Assembly: GCA_046754465.1 (NCBI GenBank)
Contig: JBHHVU010000064.1
Span: forward strand, 1-17,420
DNA length: 17,420 bases
Reading direction: 5' to 3'
From: Nitrospinaceae bacterium
Lineage (GTDB): Bacteria; Nitrospinota; Nitrospinia; Nitrospinales; VA-1
The translations under genes and the position numbers were made by a program. The notes beneath the pieces were generated by a model. It saw only the letters and a list, made by a program, of their open reading frames with translations. It made no database searches and was not told where the DNA came from. Below, one piece after another: positions 7,921 to 15,494 of the stretch (position 1 is the stretch's first letter; every line of letters starts with the position of its first letter).

Positions 7921-9483
7921 TCAGGAGGGTTGGAGCTTGGGTTCCCCCCGCCGGTTTCCCGCCGCGCGGACCGCCTTATTGCGGAATTTTGTCAGCATCC
8001 CCCTGAAAATGTAGGAATGAAACCTGCCCATGACCAGCCAGTAAAGATTTCCCCAAAACGGAGCCGGTATAAAGTGCGCCCGAAGGGTCAACCGGGTTTG
8101 GCCGGGCCGAATGGGGTCGAGCAGGAATTGCAGCCAGGACAGACCGGGTGAAATCATTTCGGCCCGCAACAGTAATTCCTTATTAGGTTCCAGCTTTTCC
8201 ACCCGCCAAAAATCCACGGAATCCCCCACCCGCAACTCTCGGTCGTCCCGGCGGCCCCGGTTCAGGCCCACTCCTCCCAGCATGCGGTCGATGGCGCCCC
8301 GGATCTCCCATAGACGGTTGCCTTGAATCCACCCATGCTTCCCCCCAATCCGGCAAATCAGTGGAAAAATCGTTTCCGGACCGGCGGGAATGTCGATTTG
8401 ATGTTCATCGACCATGAATTTGGAGGAGGCGTATTGACACATGGGCAGGAGGTCGCTCACCCGTTCGGGGGGAACATCGCTCCAGTGGGAATACACCTGC
8501 GACTGCTCTTCCTTTTCCAGAGCCCACTGCACCGCCGTTTTGAAATCCAAAGGCTCGAAGGGAAGAATTTTCATGATGTCATTTTCCTGGCACACCACGT
8601 CCGTCTGGAGACTATTCAACAACAGGGACGTGATATTGACGGGAACCGAAATAAACAGATGCAGCCAATACGCGTAGAGCCGGCAACACTGGTGGACCGG
8701 CAAGGGACACCAGGACACATCGAAGAACACGATCTTTTTGTGAAAAATATCGGCAAAACACTGGATCAGTTCTTTATATGGCAAAACGTCTTTTCCGCCG
8801 ATATGATAGCCACGGGTGGCCAGGTTGGGCGTCTCAAGGATTCCCACCAGATATTTGATGACATCCCGGATGGCGATCGGCTGGCACTGGGAATTGAATT
8901 CAGGGAAAAAGGGAATCCACCTGTTGTACAAAACCAGCGACTTCAGCAATTCATAGGAAGCGCTCCCGGTTCCCAGGATGATGGCGGCGCGCAATCTTAT
9001 GACGGGGATACTTCCGCTGGAAAGAATACTCCCCACCTCCTGGCGGCTTTTCAAATGCGGTGACAGCCCCCCGCTCATCTCTCCCAAGCCGCCCAGGTAG
9101 ATGATCCTTTTGATCCCGCATGCCTCGGCCACCGTGAGGAAATTCCGGGCCGCCCGTTTATCGTTTTCCACGAATTCCTCTTTTTTGGCACGCATGCTGT
9201 GGATCAGATAATACGCGTAATCGACTCCCTCCAGGGCAGGTTTTAATTCCTCTTCATTGAGACAATCCGCATAAGCCACCTCGATTCTCGGATGGGTCAA
9301 AATAGAGGGACATCCCCTGTTTCGGAACATGCACCGGACGATATAACCCCGGTGGATCAGCTCCGGGATCAGCCGGTGGGCCACATAGCCGTTGGCTCCC
9401 GTCACAAGAACCCGGGTATTGGGGGTAAGGGGTTGGGTGGGAAGATCGTCGCAATAATGATAATTGACTCGTTCCGGATCCAT
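7921..9483 (-). CDS. Atypical SDR / NAD(P)-binding epimerase-family protein with C-terminal DUF2867 (YbjT-like)
   Basis: VLVTGANGYVA Rossmann motif, AYYLIHSM, IIYLGGLG, LSPHLKSRQEVG, GSASYE, CQPIAIRDV. C-terminal LWEIRGAIDRMLGGVGLNRGRR...DFWRVE...LLLRAEM is typical of DUF2867. Confidence 0.88.
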   Translation of the reverse strand: MDPERVNYHYCDDLPTQPLTPNTRVLVTGANGYVAHRLIPELIHRGYIVRCMFRNRGCPSILTHPRIEVAYADCLNEEELKPALEGVDYAYYLIHSMRAKKEEFVENDKRAARNFLTVAEACGIKRIIYLGGLGEMSGGLSPHLKSRQEVGSILSSGSIPVIRLRAAIILGTGSASYELLKSLVLYNRWIPFFPEFNSQCQPIAIRDVIKYLVGILETPNLATRGYHIGGKDVLPYKELIQCFADIFHKKIVFFDVSWCPLPVHQCCRLYAYWLHLFISVPVNITSLLLNSLQTDVVCQENDIMKILPFEPLDFKTAVQWALEKEEQSQVYSHWSDVPPERVSDLLPMCQYASSKFMVDEHQIDIPAGPETIFPLICRIGGKHGWIQGNRLWEIRGAIDRMLGGVGLNRGRRDDRELRVGDSVDFWRVEKLEPNKELLLRAEMISPGLSWLQFLLDPIRPGQTRLTLRAHFIPAPFWGNLYWLVMGRFHSYIFRGMLTKFRNKAVRAAGNRRGEPKLQPS

Positions 9484-9580
9484 ACGAGGAAGTATATTCC
9501 ACCCGAAGGCAGGTGCAAGTCCAATCGGAGAAAATTTTGATTCCGGCGAAGGGAGAAATTACGGAGCGGGGCAGACCCTT

Positions 9581-10423
9581 TTAGCCGGGAACCTTCCCAA
9601 AAAAGAAAGGATTGTGGCGGATCTCTTCTCCCACCGTGGTGGCGGGACCGTGGCCGGGATACAGCCGGAACTGTTCCGGAAGGGTGAGCAACCGCATGGT
9701 GATGGAACGGAAGAGTCCCGGCCAGGACGCGTTGGCGCGGCCCATGGAACCGGCAAAAATGGCGTCGCCGGAAAAAACGGATTCACCGATCCGGTAGGAA
9801 ACGCCTCCGGGGGTGTGGCCGGGCGTGCGCATGGCCTGGATCCGCAGCCGGCCCAGTTCGATGATTTCATCCTCCTCGACGAAACGGAAGTCCCGGCTGC
9901 CGGAAGGGCGGGGTTCCTTGGGGTCGATCCAGGTGGGGCAGCCATATTCCCGGTCGAGAACATCCAGGCCCCCGGCATGGTCGGGATGGGCGTGGGTCAG
10001 GAGAATTTTCTCCGGCCGAATTCCAAGCTCCTTGGCTTTCCGGATCACGGCGCCCGGATTTCCCCCGGTATCGATGAGAGCGGTCTTCCGCGTTTCCCGG
10101 CAGGTCAGGAGATAACATTTCACCGGGTACATCCCCATGAACAAATTAAGACAAACCAGGTCGAAGGGCGCCGGGTCGGGGCGCGTCTTGGCGGGCGCCC
10201 AGGTTTCCCGGGCGACGGCGATCAAGGAGGGGGCGTGCAAATCCAGGGCGTCCGCCAGTTTCCCGATTACGCTATCATCAGGAGTGAGGTCATAATTCTC
10301 GATGCGCCGGATATCCTCAAGGGGTACGCCCGCAGCGCGGGACAAATCCTTTTGCGACCAGGATTTGCCATCCCGGGCCTTTTCCAGGATATCTCCCAAC
10401 TCATCTTCCAGGGGTGCGGTCAT
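9581..10423 (-). CDS. MBL-fold metallo-hydrolase (glyoxalase II-like) with N-terminal XRE-type HTH
   Basis: THAHPDHAGG (HxHxDH), TPGHTPGG, FSGDAIF, YPGHGPATTVGEE..HNPF. N-terminus LEDELGDILEKARDGKSWSQKDLSRAAGV...IRRIE is HTH-like. ATG 10423 is preferred over 10477, giving a 23-bp overlap with the end of nirC. Confidence 0.88.
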   Translation of the reverse strand: MTAPLEDELGDILEKARDGKSWSQKDLSRAAGVPLEDIRRIENYDLTPDDSVIGKLADALDLHAPSLIAVARETWAPAKTRPDPAPFDLVCLNLFMGMYPVKCYLLTCRETRKTALIDTGGNPGAVIRKAKELGIRPEKILLTHAHPDHAGGLDVLDREYGCPTWIDPKEPRPSGSRDFRFVEEDEIIELGRLRIQAMRTPGHTPGGVSYRIGESVFSGDAIFAGSMGRANASWPGLFRSITMRLLTLPEQFRLYPGHGPATTVGEEIRHNPFFFGKVPG

Positions 10424-11240
10424 AAACGTTCGCGACAGGCAGCTCGGCCCCGTTTTCGGTCTCTCGTTTTCCGGCATCGGTCGTAGAAAACCAGTATACC
10501 GTCCCTACCATGATTCCTCCACCCACAATGTTTCCGACGGTGACAAACAACTGATTATGCATTAATCCGGCAAAGGAGATTTCCGGACCGTGTGGAAGAA
10601 ACATGGCCATGCTGAGCAGGCTCTGGTTGGCAATACTGTGCTCGAATCCGCTGGCGATAAAGGCAAACAGACACCAGAAAATCAGGATCAGTTTCGCGGA
10701 GTCGCTATTTGTGCGGGTGGACATCCAGACGGCCAGGCAAACCAGCCAGTTGCATAAAATGCCCCGCAAAAAGCCCTCCCCCGCGCTCAAATTCATTTTC
10801 ACGGCGGCGACTTTTAGGATCAGATCCCGGGAATCTCCGGTCAAACTGCCCCCCTTCACCACCAGCCAGCCCAGAAACACCGAGCCGAAAAAATTTCCGA
10901 TGTAACACAGCACAAAGATCAGGACGATCGCCGGTATGCCCACCTTTCCGCTGAGCCGGCCCACGGCGAATACCATGTTGTTGCCGGTAAAAAGCTCCGA
11001 ACCCGCAAATATCACCAAACTCAAGGCGATTCCGAAACAAGCCCCCATGATCAATTTCAAAAAGGGGCCCCCGCCGGCTTGGGCAATAGGCCCTCCTATG
11101 GAAAAAATCAAGGTGATCCCAAACCCCAAATAAATACCGGCCAAAGCCGACAATAATAAATAGCCGAAGGGTGAGTTCCGCATGTATTGGATTTTTTTCT
11201 CTGAAACCTCGGATAATTTTTGAATGTCATTTGCAAACAT
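10401..11240 (-). CDS. nirC: Formate/nitrite transporter (FNT) family channel, NirC-like
   Basis: FNT signatures LAGIYLGFG, GSELFTGN, GILCNWLVCLAVW, FIASGFEHSIAN, VTVGNIVGG. Strong SD AAGGGAGG. Adjacent to nirBD. Confidence 0.92.
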   Translation of the reverse strand: MFANDIQKLSEVSEKKIQYMRNSPFGYLLLSALAGIYLGFGITLIFSIGGPIAQAGGGPFLKLIMGACFGIALSLVIFAGSELFTGNNMVFAVGRLSGKVGIPAIVLIFVLCYIGNFFGSVFLGWLVVKGGSLTGDSRDLILKVAAVKMNLSAGEGFLRGILCNWLVCLAVWMSTRTNSDSAKLILIFWCLFAFIASGFEHSIANQSLLSMAMFLPHGPEISFAGLMHNQLFVTVGNIVGGGIMVGTVYWFSTTDAGKRETENGAELPVANVYDRTPGR

Positions 11241-11643
11241 TATGTCATCCTCCCTTGGTCCATGGACGTTTCGTCCCCCTTGAGTGATGATGACCCTTAA
11301 TCATCAAGGGCCGCCCGAATTTTCCCCAGAGCAACCGAACAGCGAACCAATTTCAGGACCGGGAAAAAATTAACAAGAACATTAAATTACGTATGCCGGT
11401 TGACTTGACCCGGCAACTTTTATCAGCATCGCCCCCCCCATGGGAGGAGGGAATAGGTCCTGGCATCATCGCCAGCCGATCCTGGTTTGCCATATAAAGT
11501 AGGACAATACCACCAGCGGCGGTCCCCACCCCCCCCACACAAGCGGCAGGCGCCCAACCCCATTCAGCCCGGGTAATAGAGCAGGATGGGAGGTGTTTTC
11601 CAATATCCAAAAACTTTAAAGAACTTTCCTTTCAGGTATCCCT

Positions 11644-11952
11644 TTAAAGTGAGAGGAAGACCCTGCCCTTCTCAATCTTGACCGGATAACTGGGGGTACA
11701 TCCTTCGTCGGGCGGCACAGCGTTCCCACTGGTCAATTCCAGAACCAGGTTGTGCAGGGGACAGGTGATCCGCGTACCGTGAACGATCCCCTGTGACAAA
11801 GGACCGTTTTTATGCGGGCATCTGTCCCTCAGAGCAAAAACCTCATCCCCGGCCGTCCGGAAAACCGCGATATCGCCGTTTTGCGTTTTCAACACCCTGG
11901 CGCCCAAACGTGGAATATCCTCGAGCTTGCCTACATCCGTCCAATCAACCAT
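11644..11952 (-). CDS. nirD: NADH-dependent nitrite reductase small (Rieske-type) subunit
   Basis: IPRLGARV, IAVFRT, DRCPHKNGPLSQGIVHG, TCPLHN. ATG at 11952 overlaps the nirB stop (ATGGTTGA), consistent with translational coupling. Confidence 0.95.
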   Translation of the reverse strand: MVDWTDVGKLEDIPRLGARVLKTQNGDIAVFRTAGDEVFALRDRCPHKNGPLSQGIVHGTRITCPLHNLVLELTSGNAVPPDEGCTPSYPVKIEKGRVFLSL

Positions 11953-14395
11953 AGCTTGCACTCATTTGTTTCAAAGGGCTAAATTCATGCTGTTCGACCT
12001 TTTCACTGGCCCGTTCAACCCAAGGATCTATCTGGGCATATTTTTGTGATTCAAAGAATCGTTCGCACAATGCTTTACGATTTTTCTGGTCTTCCACGAT
12101 CCGTTTTTTAACAGTGGCAAATCCCACCCGTTCAATCCAGGGCGCGGTACGCTCCAGGTAGTGGCCCTCTTCACGATAAAGTTGAATGAAGGCACAGCAA
12201 TATTCGATCACTTCCTGCTCCGTCGTAACTTTACACAACAGATCGGTGGGCCTGATCTTCACTCCACCATTCCCTCCCACATGGAGTTCCCATCCGGATT
12301 CAACAGCCACGACTCCGAAATCCTTGATGGTGGCTTCCGCGCAATTCCGCGGGCAACCCGAGACAGCCATCTTGAACTTGTGCGGCGTCCAGGAACCCCA
12401 GGTCAGCTTTTCCAGCTTGATCCCCATGGAAGTAGAGTCCTGAGTCCCGAAACGGCACCATTCCTTGCCCACGCAGGTCTTAACCGTCCGAAGCGCTTTC
12501 CCATAAGCATAGCCGGAGACCAAACCGGCTTTGTTAAGGTCTCCCCAGACGGCGGGAAGATTTTCTTTTTGCACCCCTAAAAGGTCTATCCGTTGTCCCC
12601 CGGTTATCTTTACAGTGGGAATGTCGAATTTTTCCGCGACATCGGCGATCGCCCGCAATTCCTTGGGGTTGACCACGCCACCCCATATCCTGGGGACAAC
12701 GGAAAAGGAGCCGTCTTTCTGAATATTGGCATGTACCCTTTCGTTTATGTACCTCGACTGGGGATCATCCTGGGCCTCTCCCGGCCACATCGCCAGAAGG
12801 TAGTAGTTCAACGCGGGGCGGCACACGTGGCATCCATCGGGGGTACGATACTCGAGGTAGTCCATGACCGCCCGGACGTGGGTCAAGTGTTGTGCCTTGA
12901 TGGTTCTCCGAATTTCATCATGCGTGTAATCGGTGCACTTGCATAAGGGTTTTGCCTTGGGCGCCGCGGAATAATCCCCGCCCAGGGTGAGTACCAGAAT
13001 CTGTTCCACCAACCCGGTACAGGAACCACAGGAACTGGACGCTTTCGTGTGGGCGCGCACCTCTTCAATCCCAAAAAGCCCCTTCGATGTAATGGCTTTG
13101 ACAATATCGCCCTTGCACACCCCGTTACATCCGCACACCTCGGCATCATCCGCCATTTGCGCCGCGGCGTTTTTACCCCCGTGTCCTGAATCTCCCAGGT
13201 GGGATTGACCGAACAACAGGTGGCCCCGAATGGCACTGATATCCGTTCCATCCCGCAGCAATTCGAAATACCAGGATCCCTCAATGGTGTCGCCGTACAT
13301 GACGGCGCCCAGAATCTTATTATCCTTGAGCACGATTTTCTTATAAATACCTCGGGCCAGGTCTTTCATCACCAGATTTTCCGTGGTTTCATCACCCACG
13401 AAGTCCCCGGTCGAAAACAGGTCGATGCCTGTAACCTTCAATTTGGAAAAAGTAAATGACCCTTCATAACGCGCAAAACCGATTTGGGCGAGATGATTCG
13501 CGCAAACCTTGGTCTGTTCGAACAATGGTGCCACAAGACCATATACCCGGCCCCTGTGCTGGACGCATTCCCCGACGGCGTAAATTCGTCCATCAAAGGT
13601 CTGCATCGTGTCATTGACCACTATCCCCCTCTCGCAATAAATATTCGCCTCTTTGGCCAAACCAATATTGGGTTGAATGCCCACACCCATGACGACCAGG
13701 TCGGCGGCGATTTCCAGCCCACCTTTAAAACGGACGCTTTTGACGCAATCATCCCCAAGGATACACTCCGTACTCGTCTTCATCAGGAATTGAATGCCCC
13801 GCTTTTCAAGAGCCTCTTTGAGCATGGCTCCCGAATCAGCATCGAGCTGCCGCTCCATCAAGGTATCCATAAGGTGGACTACGGTCACGAACATCCCCTG
13901 TTTTTTGAGTGCGTTTGCCGCTTCCAAACCCAGCAATCCCCCACCAATAACTACCGCTTGCCTGCCGTTCCGGGAAATTTCCTGCATCTTTTGCACATCG
14001 TGAATATTGCGGAAGGTAACCACCCCGGAAAGGTCCTTCCCCGGTATAGGAAGGATGATGGGATTGGAGCCCGTAGCAAGCAACAACCGGTCATATTCGG
14101 CGGTGGTGCCATCTTCCGCAATCACCTTTCGGTGGCGGCGGTCTATTTGAATGACCCTTTTATCTGTATGGAGCTTGATATCGTTATCCCTGTACCACTG
14201 CTCATCATTGAGCATGATTTCATCGATATTCTTTTCCCCGGCAAGCATAGGGGACAATAAAATACGGTTGTAGTTTCCGTAGGGTTCGTTTCCAAAAACA
14301 GTAATGTCGTAAAGGTCAGGGGCAATCTGAAGCAATTCCTCAAGCGTGCGAATGCCCGCCATTCCATTGCCCACCAGGACCAATTTCTCTTTCAT
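11945..14395 (-). CDS. nirB: NADH-dependent nitrite reductase large subunit (FAD, [2Fe-2S], siroheme/[4Fe-4S])
   Basis: LVLVGNGMAG (FAD), YNRILLS, GGGLLGLEAA (NADH), BFD-like CGCNGV..CGSC and CKCT..CHVC, NERVHANIQKDG, and siroheme/cluster ligands KTCVGKEWCRFG and SGCPRNCAE. 816 aa. Confidence 0.97.
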   Translation of the reverse strand: MKEKLVLVGNGMAGIRTLEELLQIAPDLYDITVFGNEPYGNYNRILLSPMLAGEKNIDEIMLNDEQWYRDNDIKLHTDKRVIQIDRRHRKVIAEDGTTAEYDRLLLATGSNPIILPIPGKDLSGVVTFRNIHDVQKMQEISRNGRQAVVIGGGLLGLEAANALKKQGMFVTVVHLMDTLMERQLDADSGAMLKEALEKRGIQFLMKTSTECILGDDCVKSVRFKGGLEIAADLVVMGVGIQPNIGLAKEANIYCERGIVVNDTMQTFDGRIYAVGECVQHRGRVYGLVAPLFEQTKVCANHLAQIGFARYEGSFTFSKLKVTGIDLFSTGDFVGDETTENLVMKDLARGIYKKIVLKDNKILGAVMYGDTIEGSWYFELLRDGTDISAIRGHLLFGQSHLGDSGHGGKNAAAQMADDAEVCGCNGVCKGDIVKAITSKGLFGIEEVRAHTKASSSCGSCTGLVEQILVLTLGGDYSAAPKAKPLCKCTDYTHDEIRRTIKAQHLTHVRAVMDYLEYRTPDGCHVCRPALNYYLLAMWPGEAQDDPQSRYINERVHANIQKDGSFSVVPRIWGGVVNPKELRAIADVAEKFDIPTVKITGGQRIDLLGVQKENLPAVWGDLNKAGLVSGYAYGKALRTVKTCVGKEWCRFGTQDSTSMGIKLEKLTWGSWTPHKFKMAVSGCPRNCAEATIKDFGVVAVESGWELHVGGNGGVKIRPTDLLCKVTTEQEVIEYCCAFIQLYREEGHYLERTAPWIERVGFATVKKRIVEDQKNRKALCERFFESQKYAQIDPWVERASEKVEQHEFSPLKQMSASYG

Positions 14396-14445
14396 ATCCC
14401 AATCCCCTTTTTTTCAATTGAATAAAACTCCATAACAACACTTCG

Positions 14446-14461
14446 GGCAAAATCCGCTCCA
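14446..14461 (-). promoter_or_regulatory. Possible sigma-54 promoter directly upstream of nirB
   Basis: Minus strand TGGAGCG-GATT-TTGCC has the correct GG-N10-GC spacing, with two mismatches to TGGCACG. It lies about 50 nt upstream of the nirB ATG. Confidence 0.35.
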
Positions 14462-14574
14462 TCCCCTATTCCATTTGAGCAAAACTTTCTGATTTAAAAT
14501 TTACCGATTAAAATTTTTCCAAAGATAAATAAAAAAGATGTTTAATCGGCGAACAGCGTAAGCCTGTTCGCTCA

Positions 14575-14805
14575 GGGCTGGGACCATCGCCAGGTCTGGA
14601 GGGGCTGCTTGCGGACAATCGTCCGGACAGCCGGTGATGAGCACATTGAAGTTACTGGGCGGGTTTGAAAATTTCCGATTCTCCCATTCAAGCGACGAAT
14701 ATCCCCCTTGCGGATGGATTCCCAATCTTCTCCGGAAAACCGGCAGAGGTCTTTCTGGATTTCCAATCGGTCTTTTTCAAATTTCAATAGTTCGATTTGG
14801 GTCAC
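14575..14805 (-). pseudogene. nirA: Decayed ferredoxin-nitrite reductase (NirA) remnant
   Basis: GTG 14805 follows SD AGAGGT. MTQIELLKFEKDRLEIQKDLCRFSGEDWESIRKGDIRRL resembles the NirA N-terminus (KIE..K.EKDGL....I......WE.I...D..RLKW). After a frameshift, WENRKFSNPPSNFNVLITGCPDDCPQAAPPDLAMVPA resembles the NirA F.NLPRKFNV.ITGC..NC......DLA.VPA motif. The intervening region and the rest of the gene are missing. Confidence 0.75.
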
Positions 14806-14863
14806 GGTACCTACCTCTTTTCAGAAACTGCTGAGGAAGAAAAACCAAAAACTTAATTTATAG

Positions 14864-14879
14864 TACAAGTTCCATGCCA
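14864..14879 (-). promoter_or_regulatory. Putative sigma-54 (-24/-12) promoter of the nir locus
   Basis: Minus strand TGGCATG-GAAC-TTGTA versus consensus TGGCACG-N4-TTGCW: correct spacing, with the -12 C replaced by T. About 60 nt upstream of the nirA remnant start. Confidence 0.5.
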
Positions 14880-15179
14880 TTTGAAAAAGTATTCGTAACC
14901 CCTTTAAAATCGGGAGAATTTTTCACCTTCCCAGGTTTTCGGCAAATTTTCTGCTCAAAAAGCGAACGCGGAACCTCTCTTTCTGCCACAATTTTCATCA
15001 AGTCATCAGGGAAACCCGCGTCGGTACCCCCCAGGGCCCCCCGGTACCGGGATGGCCGGGAAACCATTGCAAGCTCACGTAAATAATTGTAAAATAAAGG
15101 ATATATTGTTTTTGAGAGCCAGGGCGATGAGCGAACGGCCTCAAAAATTTCTGGAATCATCCAAAATCCAGGGGCCACC

Positions 15180-15470
15180 ATGGAAACTATCAGTCAGAGC
15201 TTTGGTTTTATATCGCAGATCAGTTTGCCGATTCCTCTCACCCAAATCTTTTTCTTCGCCCTGGTCTGTTCCGTATTCCTCATCATCGGCAAACACAAAA
15301 TCGGACTCCTGGTTTCCTACGCGTTTACCTTTTACTGGGCCTTCGTTTTAAACAGGGCTTTTCTGATAAAACAGTTCGAACCCACGACGGCGGGAAAGTA
15401 CATCTATGGAATTTTTGGAATGGTGATGGCCCTCATTGCGTTTGTCGGAGTGATCAAAAGGAGTGAGTGA
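15180..15470 (+). CDS. Small hypothetical integral membrane protein (about 3 TM helices)
   Basis: 96-aa ORF with three hydrophobic stretches separated by GKHKIG and a polar loop. It fills the gap up to the convergent gene ending at 15495. Confidence 0.75.
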   Translation: METISQSFGFISQISLPIPLTQIFFFALVCSVFLIIGKHKIGLLVSYAFTFYWAFVLNRAFLIKQFEPTTAGKYIYGIFGMVMALIAFVGVIKRSE

Positions 15471-15494
15471 ACCCCAAACGGGGCCCGTGACGCA

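Noticed and set aside
9464..10486. 340-aa + strand ORF
   Set aside because: Antisense to the well-supported MBL hydrolase; Gly/Arg/Pro-rich shadow composition.
11264..11307. Hammerhead-like UGAUGA...CGAAAC on the minus strand
   Set aside because: Core reads UUGAUGA rather than CUGAUGA, and the flanking stems do not form the required three-way junction.
11353..11610. 85-aa minus ORF between nirD and nirC
   Set aside because: TTG start, runs through homopolymeric G tracts, no family resemblance; more likely decayed or non-coding DNA.
14858..15181. 107-aa minus ORF upstream of the nirA relic
   Set aside because: Overlaps the start of the + strand membrane gene and the sigma-54-like promoter; no motifs.
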